A DNA stretch of 54,512 bases from Candidatus Hodarchaeota archaeon. GTDB taxonomy: Archaea; Asgardarchaeota; Heimdallarchaeia; Hodarchaeales; Hodarchaeaceae. Shown here piece by piece: positions 27,932 to 36,745 of this stretch (position 1 is its first letter; each line of letters starts with the position of its first letter). The position numbers and the translations under genes are program-made. Location: NCBI GenBank assembly GCA_016839785.1, contig JAEOTQ010000202.1:1-54512 (forward strand), read 5' to 3'. Under the pieces are notes generated by a model. The model was not told the origin of the DNA. It saw only the letters and a list, made by a program, of their open reading frames with translations, and ran no database searches.

Positions 27932-28522
27932 TTAAGCACTTCTAACTCCCTTCTCCAACTTACCTATTAATTTGTTCAAAAAATCATTATTTGCGTTTAG
28001 CGAGTGAAACGCATAGCTAAATAGTGCCCAAACATGAATTGGTAGGATCTCTTTCTGATTTTGCTTACTATCTTCAATAAATCGTCCACGGACAATTTCA
28101 ATTCGTTCATCAATTCGTCTTTTGTAATTTCTAATTGTTTCTAGAAATTCTTTTTCGGTAAACACAAAAGCAGAGGCTAAAGCAAGATTCATCTCTTCAT
28201 AATTCATGTCTAAATTTCTAAAATAATGTATAACAGTATTTTTTAATACCTTTTGACCTACTGAGGTCACTAAGAATGATTTTTGGGGTGCCCCTACCTC
28301 ACCTTGTAAATTTGAATCAGGATCTGAATCTTTTACTCTTAACAGTTTCTTTTTTTCGAGTTGATTCAACGTATAATAGACAGATGAGAAAGAAAGTTTG
28401 GACCACTGTTGAATATTTCTTTCTTCTATTAATTTGTTTAACTCCGTTCCACTGACACCCGTATTATCGAATGGGGGATGAGCAACCATTCCTAGGATGA
28501 GGAATTCTTTAGCAGAAATCAT
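27932..28522 (-). CDS. PadR-family transcriptional regulator
   Basis: 'SFSSVYYTLNQLEKKKLL...VTSVG' winged helix and a C-terminal dimerisation helix. Confidence 0.8.
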   Translation of the reverse strand: MISAKEFLILGMVAHPPFDNTGVSGTELNKLIEERNIQQWSKLSFSSVYYTLNQLEKKKLLRVKDSDPDSNLQGEVGAPQKSFLVTSVGQKVLKNTVIHYFRNLDMNYEEMNLALASAFVFTEKEFLETIRNYKRRIDERIEIVRGRFIEDSKQNQKEILPIHVWALFSYAFHSLNANNDFLNKLIGKLEKGVRSA

Positions 28523-28536
28523 TTTGATTCAGTATC

Positions 28537-29619
28537 CTATATCACAAAATTAAGTAGCTTATTTGCTCCTTCCTCTTCGAGTTTTCTAATCTCTGATAAG
28601 TCAATTTTGATATCGTTCAATGTTCTTTTGGTTTCATCCTTTTCAAGACCTCCTCCAATATGAGTAAATGACTCCGCACAGATCTCCCACTTACGTCCTA
28701 ATTTTTCATAGAAGGAAGCCAATTGGTGTAAAAGCTCATTATTTAGTTTTATGGAAATTTCTTCAAGAAATTCTGCAAATAAATACCGAAACAATCCACC
28801 ACCAGTACCATAATTATGTTCTTTCGTACCAATAAACCCAGCCTGCTGCATACATCTAAATTGTAACTTTTCATCTGATTGTTTCAGCCATCGATCAAGA
28901 TCCTTGATCAACACATCTATAGCAGTCGTACCACTGTGAATACCCATTATTCTAAGCATACGACCACCTTTTGAGGTAAGATACTTACCAGTACGATGCA
29001 AAACATCTTCTATTATCGTAGAAAGTTCGGGCATTTTTACAGGAAAGTCAAATTCGTAAATCAAATTATTTGGGGCCATAAATCTATCAATTGTGGAATT
29101 TCTCCCTTTACTGAGCTCATCATACGTCACTTCAAGAAGCTGGGAAAAATTGGTATCAGCGACGAAAACTGTGTTCTGCTTTGAATTAAATCCACAAATA
29201 GCTATGGTATGTCCGCCAAAATGGAAATCATCCGACGGAAGACTGGATTTTTGATAGTTAAGATAACCCATGTCTATTTCGATAGCAGAAGGTGTCTTCT
29301 CATTTAAATGTCGTTTCAATCTTCTCCAGCCTTCAGTTTCGTTTTTCGATTTAAATTCATTCAGTGAAACCGATAAAGAACTGCAAAGATCTGCTACAAA
29401 GTCTTTATTCCGACCCCCAAAGAACGGTATCATTTTTGGAATTTTTAGATAGGCTAGAGTCATTCCACTTCCTAAACCGAAAATTAATGCTTCACTCATT
29501 TTCCATCCATGGAATTCGAAAACATCTCTTACAGCAGATGAAGTACAATGAACACCAGGTTCATGTTTAAATCCCTCTATAACACCATCAAACTTATCTA
29601 TTTTTTGAATTTCACTCAT
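28537..29619 (-). CDS. BtrH N-terminal/DUF4872 papain-like protein
   Basis: HCTSS, SEALIFGLGSG, HFGGH, VAD and GTGGGLFR..FA.FL motifs. Confidence 0.85.
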   Translation of the reverse strand: MSEIQKIDKFDGVIEGFKHEPGVHCTSSAVRDVFEFHGWKMSEALIFGLGSGMTLAYLKIPKMIPFFGGRNKDFVADLCSSLSVSLNEFKSKNETEGWRRLKRHLNEKTPSAIEIDMGYLNYQKSSLPSDDFHFGGHTIAICGFNSKQNTVFVADTNFSQLLEVTYDELSKGRNSTIDRFMAPNNLIYEFDFPVKMPELSTIIEDVLHRTGKYLTSKGGRMLRIMGIHSGTTAIDVLIKDLDRWLKQSDEKLQFRCMQQAGFIGTKEHNYGTGGGLFRYLFAEFLEEISIKLNNELLHQLASFYEKLGRKWEICAESFTHIGGGLEKDETKRTLNDIKIDLSEIRKLEEEGANKLLNFVI

Positions 29620-29643
29620 TCACTTCACCATCAATGAAAAATA

Positions 29644-29696
29644 AATTATTCAAATCTTGAAAAATTATTTAAACAATTATTTAAACGTATATATAC
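29644..29696. promoter_or_regulatory. Direct-repeat operator/promoter candidate of the BtrH-PadR-GyrI operon
   Basis: AATTATTTAAAC occurs twice (29663-29686), with an imperfect copy at 29644 and the palindrome GTATATATAC at 29687-29696. Confidence 0.4.
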
Positions 29697-29778
29697 CTAA
29701 TTTTTAAGATTTTCTATATTCACAAGTATTTATGAATTTTTCAAAAATGGAAAAATAAGAAAAATGGGAAAAAAATGA

Positions 29779-30717
29779 TTAAAACAATAGTTTAGGATTG
29801 AATTTAGACACTTCATGGTTTAGTCGAGAGAGTTGAGCTTCTGTTAAACTCAATTCTGCTGCTTTAACATTCGCCTCAAGCTGTAAAATGCTCTTTGCTC
29901 CAGGGATTGCAACAACTTGTTTGTTACGAATTAACCAACTTAAAGCTACTTCTGCCATTGTTACATTATGTTCTTGAGCGACTAACTTTAATTCCTCCAG
30001 CAATGGGACACCACGTTTAAAATTACTCTTTCTAAATAGACGGTTTCTTCGTCGAGTTCCGCTTGGAGTATTGTTCGGATTATATTTACCTGTAAGATAC
30101 CCCTGTCCTAATGGAGAATATGACATGACCGTTATTTCATGCTCCTCCGCATAAGGTAAGAAAGAATTTTTTACTTTTGATTTTGCCATAGAATAATTAA
30201 GTTGATCTACTTCAATGGTATATTTTTTCATCTTGGATTGGGCTTTTTGAAATCGTTTTAATCCAAAATTACTAATTCCAATATGCCGAATCAGTCCATC
30301 ATCGACCATTTTTTCCATATGTTTCAAAGTTGCTCCTAATGGAAGTAGAGGGTTTGGCCAGTGAATCAGATAAACATCTAAATAATCTATTTGTAACCGT
30401 TTAAGACTTTTAGTTAAAGCACGCTTAACTGCGGATGGACGAATGGTTGCAGGCAAAAATTTTGAGACAATCACTATTTTTTCCCTTTCATATCCTTCCA
30501 ATGCTTGACCTATAATTCTTTCCGACTCTCCCATTCCGTATACTTCTGCTGTGTCAATGAGGTTAACACCTAGCTCCAGAGCTCTGTGAACAATTCCTAT
30601 TGCATCCTTTTTGTTAAAATCTGTCTCGAAACCCCACCCTTTTGATCCAAATTGCCATGTCCCCAATCCTATTTGTGAAATCTTGGTTTCACTTTTACCC
30701 AAAGTTGTAAATCGCAT
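29779..30717 (-). CDS. Aldo/keto reductase
   Basis: GLGTWQ, DTAEVYG, SK, YLIHWP, GISNF, YSPLGQG and IPGA motifs. Confidence 0.95.
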   Translation of the reverse strand: MRFTTLGKSETKISQIGLGTWQFGSKGWGFETDFNKKDAIGIVHRALELGVNLIDTAEVYGMGESERIIGQALEGYEREKIVIVSKFLPATIRPSAVKRALTKSLKRLQIDYLDVYLIHWPNPLLPLGATLKHMEKMVDDGLIRHIGISNFGLKRFQKAQSKMKKYTIEVDQLNYSMAKSKVKNSFLPYAEEHEITVMSYSPLGQGYLTGKYNPNNTPSGTRRRNRLFRKSNFKRGVPLLEELKLVAQEHNVTMAEVALSWLIRNKQVVAIPGAKSILQLEANVKAAELSLTEAQLSRLNHEVSKFNPKLLF

Positions 30718-30903
30718 TATAATTTACCTTGATCTGCAGGTCCATTCTCTCTTTCAAAAGAATTCAGGTTGGGAAAAAGTAGAGTCTTTTGAGAATGGTG
30801 AGTTTTCAGTTATTTTATAGTGCAAAAAAGTTTTGAATTCACTTCATAGCACAGTTTCCAGAAAACTATTCTTCATAAATAGACAACGGCGGTTTTTAAT
30901 ACA

Positions 30904-32271
30904 ATGGTTAATCCGACAATATTAAGTCAAATTCAATTCTATATAACAATTGGATTTCACTTTATCTTTCCTCCTTTATCAATCGGGCTCTCTTGGTATA
31001 TTGCTTACCTATTAACCCGATATATTCGGTCAAAGGATCAGTATTATAAGGACATGGCATGGTTCTGGATCAAATTATTTGCAACAACGGTAGCTATTGG
31101 GATCCCTACAGGCGTACTTATGGAATTCCAATTTGGAATGAATTGGAGCGAGTTCTCACGCTTTGTTGGGGAAGTATTTGCTACATTGATACTCCTGGAA
31201 GTATTTTTTGCCTTTTTCTTAGAGTCAGTCTTTCTTGGAGTAATCCTTTCAGGAATGCGGACAAAAAAGATCTCTGATCGAATTTTATGGTTCTCCTCCA
31301 TGATGGTAGCTCTTGGAACAACACTCTCATCATTCTGGATATTAGCGGCAAACTCTTGGATGCAAACACCAGGTATTCCTGGGGAACCAGGATCAGGATG
31401 GGATATCGTGGGAGATAAAGCAGTATTGACTAATTTTTGGGATGTAGTATTTACTCCTTCCATGTTCGCCAGATTTTTTCATACCGTTAATGCCTGTCTT
31501 ATTGCTGGTGCTTTTTTTATTATCGGTATTAGCTGTCTCTATTTACTAAAGGATCGACATCATAAATTTGCCTACGATTCTTTAAGAGTTGCTTTGGTTG
31601 TCAGTATTGCTCTCTCAATAATCCAAGGATTCTTTGGCCATTGGCAATCCACGATTGTAGCTACTTATCAACCCGCGAAATTCGCAGCTCAAGAAGGGCT
31701 TTTTGAGACGACAGCGAGTGCCCCACTAGTCATTTTTGCGATTCTCGATGATTCTCGAGTATTCTTTGAACTAGGTATTCCATTTCTACTTAGTTTTCTA
31801 ACGTGGGGAGACCCCAACGCAACCGTAACTGGACTAGATGCTTTTGCACTAGAAGATCGGCCTTCAGTTCTTCTCTCATTTTATCCGTTTCACCTGATGG
31901 TCATGATTGGTATATTTCTAGTTGGTGTAGCTGCATTGGGCGTCTATCTACTTTGGAAAAAAGGTTTGACTGATCAATCCTCGAAATTAAGAAAGTGGTT
32001 TTTACGGTTAGGAGTTCTAGCAGCACCATTAACTCTTATTTCAATAAACTTAGGTTGGATTACAGCTGAAAGCGGACGTCAACCATGGATTATTCAAGGG
32101 GTTCTTCGCACAGCCGATGCTGCATCTGCAGCACCAGGAGAAGAAATTATTTTCTCATTGATTACATATATCCTAACTTATATTGTTCTATTTATTGCAT
32201 GGATTCTTGTTATGAGACGGATTTTCAATAAAGGACCTTCGCTCGGTAAAATAGAAGAGGTGGTCGTATGA
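30904..32271 (+). CDS. cydA: Cytochrome bd quinol oxidase subunit I
   Basis: FHFIF, EFQFGMNW, NSWMQTP, RFFH, QPAKFAAQEG, FHLMV and ESGRQPW; short Q-loop. Confidence 0.96.
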   Translation: MVNPTILSQIQFYITIGFHFIFPPLSIGLSWYIAYLLTRYIRSKDQYYKDMAWFWIKLFATTVAIGIPTGVLMEFQFGMNWSEFSRFVGEVFATLILLEVFFAFFLESVFLGVILSGMRTKKISDRILWFSSMMVALGTTLSSFWILAANSWMQTPGIPGEPGSGWDIVGDKAVLTNFWDVVFTPSMFARFFHTVNACLIAGAFFIIGISCLYLLKDRHHKFAYDSLRVALVVSIALSIIQGFFGHWQSTIVATYQPAKFAAQEGLFETTASAPLVIFAILDDSRVFFELGIPFLLSFLTWGDPNATVTGLDAFALEDRPSVLLSFYPFHLMVMIGIFLVGVAALGVYLLWKKGLTDQSSKLRKWFLRLGVLAAPLTLISINLGWITAESGRQPWIIQGVLRTADAASAAPGEEIIFSLITYILTYIVLFIAWILVMRRIFNKGPSLGKIEEVVV

Positions 32272-33311
32272 CAGCGCTCCAAGAAGTTTGGTTTCTATTT
32301 TTGGCCGTAATTGTGATAGTCTACGTGATCTTAGATGGTTTCGATCTTGGTGTTGGGTTTTGGTTTATTTTCGCTAAAGATAAACATGAAGAAACTACAC
32401 TCAATGAAAGAAAGGAAATAATTCAGTCGATTGCCCCATTCTGGGACGGGAATGAAGTTTGGCTTCTGGCCGCAGGAGGAATATTATTTGCTGCTTTCTC
32501 GGATGTGTATGCAACAGTATTTAGTGCTTTTTATGTTCCATTAATCCTGGTGGCTTTCTGTTTAATAATTCGAGCCGTCTCAATCGAATTTAGAGAAGAA
32601 TTCCCATCACCGACCTGGCATAAAATTTCTGATATTGCGTTTATTATTGGCAGTTTAGGTCCTGCAATAGCTTTTGGGGTCTTAATTGGTAATTTAGTTC
32701 AAGGGATTGCGATTGATGCTAATAAACAATTTACAGGTTCATTCATTGACTTTTTCAATCCTTACGCAATTCTTATCGGTTTCTTAGCATTATCTATGAT
32801 TATAACGCATGGAGCAGTGTACTTACGGGTTAGAGCAACAGATAAATTAGCAGCAAAGGCTACTCAGTGGGCTAAATTAGGGATTATAAGCTTTCTTGCC
32901 ATTTCATCCAGTTCATTAGTAGTCAGTTTGATATTCCATCCACATATTATTGATAATTATGTTGATCTCCCAATTCTCGTAATCATCCCATTAATTGGCT
33001 TTACATTCATTCTTTTAGCTACTTACTTCATTTGGAATGAAAAAGATGCCAAATTGACATTTCTTCTTTCATCTCTGTCCATTGCATTTAGTATCTTGGG
33101 TGCTGGGGCTGCAATTTATCCCAATTTAGTCTTCTCTTCCTTAAATGAAGCATATAGCCTTACAATTCATAATGCTTCAGCAACAGACACAGGATTAATG
33201 GTAATGCTTATAGTAGCTATTATAGCTCTTCCTCTCATCCTAGTGTATACTTTATGGGTCTATAAAATGATGGGAACGAAATTAGAGGATGAAGACATTA
33301 CGGGGTACTAG
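32268..33311 (+). CDS. cydB: Cytochrome bd quinol oxidase subunit II
   Basis: LDGFDLGVG and PFWDGNEVWL motifs; ATGA overlap with cydA. Confidence 0.96.
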   Translation: MTALQEVWFLFLAVIVIVYVILDGFDLGVGFWFIFAKDKHEETTLNERKEIIQSIAPFWDGNEVWLLAAGGILFAAFSDVYATVFSAFYVPLILVAFCLIIRAVSIEFREEFPSPTWHKISDIAFIIGSLGPAIAFGVLIGNLVQGIAIDANKQFTGSFIDFFNPYAILIGFLALSMIITHGAVYLRVRATDKLAAKATQWAKLGIISFLAISSSSLVVSLIFHPHIIDNYVDLPILVIIPLIGFTFILLATYFIWNEKDAKLTFLLSSLSIAFSILGAGAAIYPNLVFSSLNEAYSLTIHNASATDTGLMVMLIVAIIALPLILVYTLWVYKMMGTKLEDEDITGY

Positions 33312-33316
33312 CAGGA

Positions 33317-34429
33317 ATGATTAATGAGAAGGAACTTGACAATATTCGAAAATTTGCTACTCCTTCACGCGAAACAGGGTATACCCGATCAATTTACAGC
33401 TATCCAGCAAAATTTCTTTCACGACTTCCTCGAGAGCTAATAAAGACATTCACTCAAGAAGGTGATCAGATCTGCGATCCTTTTGTAGGAGGAGGTACAA
33501 CAGGATTGGAAGCCATGCTCTTAAACCGACAATTTTTTGGGTATGACATCAATCCTTTTGCTCTACTCATTTCTAGAGTGAAAACGGCATATGTCTCGAA
33601 AGTAAACCTCCAAAAAACCCTGGAGATTATCCTGAGGGACATTGATCTTTCACGTGTTCCGACATCAAATTTTCTTGATTCAATTGATAAATTATGTCTA
33701 GGCCCTTTACTATCAAACGAAATTAATAAAATTGCTTCCATCGTCAAAACTTCAAACTTTAACACAAACCTGCAAGATTTCTTCAATTTAGCGTTAATTC
33801 ATGTTGTTAAAATTGTAGGGAGGAGAGATTTTGAAGAACGCAAGAATTGGCAATACCAATCCATCATTCCAATGTTCAATCGTAAATGTAACAAAATGAT
33901 CGACGCGGTCTCCTCCTTACCACATTCAGTTCAATACCCACCAAAATTATTTTTAGGTTCAAATCACAATATGGACATTCCAGATCATCATATAGATTTT
34001 ATTCTCACTTCACCTCCTTATTTAGAAGTAGATGTTGAATATCAACATATCCAGATCCAGAGAAGGAGTATTAAAAAATCGAAAAGAACAAACTTCATTA
34101 GTCATTTACTAGAGACAAAGCCGCTCCCAAAGAAAGATTTATGTTGGTCTGGGAAAGGAGGGAACAGCTATTGGATGAATTTGGAAAATAGTCTGAATGA
34201 GTGTTATCGGATTCTTAAGCCCAATCATTATATGTGTTTATGGACGGGATTTAAGAAGAAAGAAGATCAAGCAAAATTGATTAGTTTAATTGAGAGAGTT
34301 ACCTTTAATATGGTTGAGACTATCTCGATACCGCAGAGTAACAACCGAGCAGCTTCCAGTCGATCAACTCATCATACACGAGATACAAGAATGTTTAAAC
34401 AGGATTCAATCTTCATTCTGAGAAATTAA
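33317..34429 (+). CDS. Orphan amino-methyltransferase (N4-C/N6-A DNA MTase type)
   Basis: YPAKF, DPFVGGGTT (motif I), GYDINP, TSPPY (motif IV) and RILKP. Confidence 0.85.
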   Translation: MINEKELDNIRKFATPSRETGYTRSIYSYPAKFLSRLPRELIKTFTQEGDQICDPFVGGGTTGLEAMLLNRQFFGYDINPFALLISRVKTAYVSKVNLQKTLEIILRDIDLSRVPTSNFLDSIDKLCLGPLLSNEINKIASIVKTSNFNTNLQDFFNLALIHVVKIVGRRDFEERKNWQYQSIIPMFNRKCNKMIDAVSSLPHSVQYPPKLFLGSNHNMDIPDHHIDFILTSPPYLEVDVEYQHIQIQRRSIKKSKRTNFISHLLETKPLPKKDLCWSGKGGNSYWMNLENSLNECYRILKPNHYMCLWTGFKKKEDQAKLISLIERVTFNMVETISIPQSNNRAASSRSTHHTRDTRMFKQDSIFILRN

Positions 34430-34519
34430 TTCTTATAATCTTATAAAATCTATCTTAAAACAATCTTTAATTAGCGCTTATTTGACAAAAATTAAGTGAA
34501 AAGGGTATTGAGGAATACT

Positions 34520-35803
34520 ATGATACTAGGAACAATAAATGAGACAGGTCTTCTAATTGGAGTACTTGAAATCGGTGCAGTCATAATTTTTTCTCTTATT
34601 GTAGCAAGAGTGCTTGGAAATCGTGGAATTCCTCAAGTATTAGGTCTGATTACTGCAGGAGTAGTTATCAGAGGATTAACAATTTCACTAGGTTTCCCTA
34701 CAGCTCCAATTCCAGAATTAATTTACTTAATTACGACGGGAGCCCTTGGTTTCATCGGTTATAATATTGGGGCTCATATCGATATTTATAAGTTACGAGA
34801 TGCCTCCTGGGGATTACCCTTGGTGTTAATTGGAGAATCTATTGGAGCTTTTCTAGCTGTAGCAATCTTAGTGATTCTCCTACTTCAAGATTTTGTATTA
34901 GCTTTACTACTAGGCTCAATCGCTATGGCAACCGCCCCTGCTGCAACATCAGAAGTAATACGGGAATATAATGCACACGGATCACTAAGCCAAACAATCT
35001 TATTTATTGTCGCATTTGATGATATTTTGGCCATCATTTTCTTCAATATTGCACTAGGCTACGCTGAGTCCACTTTTGTAACTTCTACTCTCTCAATATT
35101 TGAAATATTCTTTCCTATCGCCATTGAGGTGATTGGCTCAGTACTCATCGGAACTACCCTTGCATTCGCTCTAAGGCCATTTCATATAGAAGGTGTGAAA
35201 GCATCTGAATCGGCGGAATACGTCTTTCCCTCAGTTTTAATCTGTATTTCCTTGGCAGGCTTACTACATTTTTCTGTAATTTTAAGCTGCATCGTGTTTG
35301 GCTTTGCATTGAGTACACTGGCTAAATGTGAAAATAGTGCTTGTGTTCGTGGTGTAGAAAGGCTTTCTAGTCCAGTAATTGCACTTTTCTTCATCATTGT
35401 CGGATATGAAATGGAACTAAATCTACTAGTTTCACCTTTGATATTTACTATCTTGCTCTATTTCTTTGCTAGAGCAATTGGAAAGTCTACTGGATCATAC
35501 GTGGCTTCTTCTTTGACTGACATGCCTCAAAAAGTAACACGCTATCTTCCTTTCTCACTATTAAGCCAAGCTGGTGTAGCTTTAGGGTTAGCTGCTTATG
35601 CTTATACCCGATTATTTGAATTAAATGTTCCAGCTGCCAGTGACATTGCAATTGTTTTGATAGATGTAATTGCAGTAAGTGTTCTTATTGCAGAAATCAT
35701 TGGACCACTTCTATTAAAAAAAGCGTTAATCAGAGCCAAGGAGATCAAAGATCCTATTCAAGGACCAGTAATTGAGAACCATACAGAATCTCATGTAAGT
35801 TAA
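34520..35803 (+). CDS. Cation:proton antiporter (CPA2-like)
   Basis: ATAPAAT, VAFDD, R..GK and QAGVALGL motifs; about 12 TM segments. Confidence 0.9.
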   Translation: MILGTINETGLLIGVLEIGAVIIFSLIVARVLGNRGIPQVLGLITAGVVIRGLTISLGFPTAPIPELIYLITTGALGFIGYNIGAHIDIYKLRDASWGLPLVLIGESIGAFLAVAILVILLLQDFVLALLLGSIAMATAPAATSEVIREYNAHGSLSQTILFIVAFDDILAIIFFNIALGYAESTFVTSTLSIFEIFFPIAIEVIGSVLIGTTLAFALRPFHIEGVKASESAEYVFPSVLICISLAGLLHFSVILSCIVFGFALSTLAKCENSACVRGVERLSSPVIALFFIIVGYEMELNLLVSPLIFTILLYFFARAIGKSTGSYVASSLTDMPQKVTRYLPFSLLSQAGVALGLAAYAYTRLFELNVPAASDIAIVLIDVIAVSVLIAEIIGPLLLKKALIRAKEIKDPIQGPVIENHTESHVS

Positions 35804-35843
35804 AATAGATCATCTCTTATCTATTCTTCTCGCTCTTTTCTCA

Positions 35844-36176
35844 TTAACCATAATAAGGTGGTGGTGAGGAATCAGATTTCTGTTTCTGTTGTCCTATTTG
35901 AATTTCACCATGCATATTTTCGTAGCGTTTCACATGTTCCGACATCCAGATAGCCATTCGTTTGAATATTAAGGGACTCATCTTGATATTTGCTACAAAC
36001 TCATGTTCAACTGTATCTAATACAATTTGACCATTAGCACCTAGCTGAGGCACTAATTTATCCGAAAAAAAGCTAATACTACCTTCATTGGGATTTATAC
36101 CTCCAAAAAATCCAGATATAGCAAAACTCGGCACTTCTTCAAATTTTACGCTTCTACGGGGTAAACCTTGGGACAT
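35844..36176 (-). CDS. DUF3467-like small protein
   Basis: 'IKMSPLIFKRMA..M..HVKRYE..HGEI' signature. Confidence 0.7.
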   Translation of the reverse strand: MSQGLPRRSVKFEEVPSFAISGFFGGINPNEGSISFFSDKLVPQLGANGQIVLDTVEHEFVANIKMSPLIFKRMAIWMSEHVKRYENMHGEIQIGQQKQKSDSSPPPYYG

Positions 36177-36255
36177 CTTGAATACTTCCTATATTAATAC
36201 TTCATTTCAATCAAAATTATTATCTTTTCGTTTTCTCCTCAGATGTGTGGAAAAA

Positions 36256-36642
36256 ATGACTTTCTGCAAAAACTGTGGTAATAAACTGACAGATGAAGCT
36301 TTTATGGGTTATTGCAGTCTTAATTGTCTTGGAGGATTTTCTAAGGGGCAAACCCATCCAAAACGAGAAGAATTTACCTCAGTTCATCCCTTTTTATCAT
36401 TTGATTATCATGGTATTCCTCTCTATGAAGCAAAAACAAGAATTGTCGACGATATTATTGAGTCATTTGAGAGTGGAGTAGAGGAAGTACGTTTAATTCA
36501 CGGATACAAACATGGTCAAGCAATCAAAGCCTACATTTGGCAAAAAAATGGTTTACATCGTGAAGTTCGAGCACTACGACCTGATATCAGCTTTCGCATT
36601 CAGAAAGGTTCTACTCGGGGAGTAAGTCTCATTAGATTCTAG
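36256..36642 (+). CDS. Zinc finger plus Smr-domain protein
   Basis: CKNCG...YCSLNC, then 'DYHG...EA...LIHGYKHG...GVS' (Smr). Start set at MTFCKNC. Confidence 0.7.
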   Translation: MTFCKNCGNKLTDEAFMGYCSLNCLGGFSKGQTHPKREEFTSVHPFLSFDYHGIPLYEAKTRIVDDIIESFESGVEEVRLIHGYKHGQAIKAYIWQKNGLHREVRALRPDISFRIQKGSTRGVSLIRF

Positions 36643-36745
36643 GTATAAATTTGAATAATTCTTGATTGATGTTATAATTACCTAAAAGTTCGTTTATCCA
36701 GAGTATATTCAAAGGGGTACCGATTCTTTCAAGGAGTAATCACAG

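Noticed and set aside
36088-36255. N-terminal extension of the Smr ORF
   Set aside because: It overlaps the divergent gene and its promoter region; ATG 36256 directly precedes the zinc finger.
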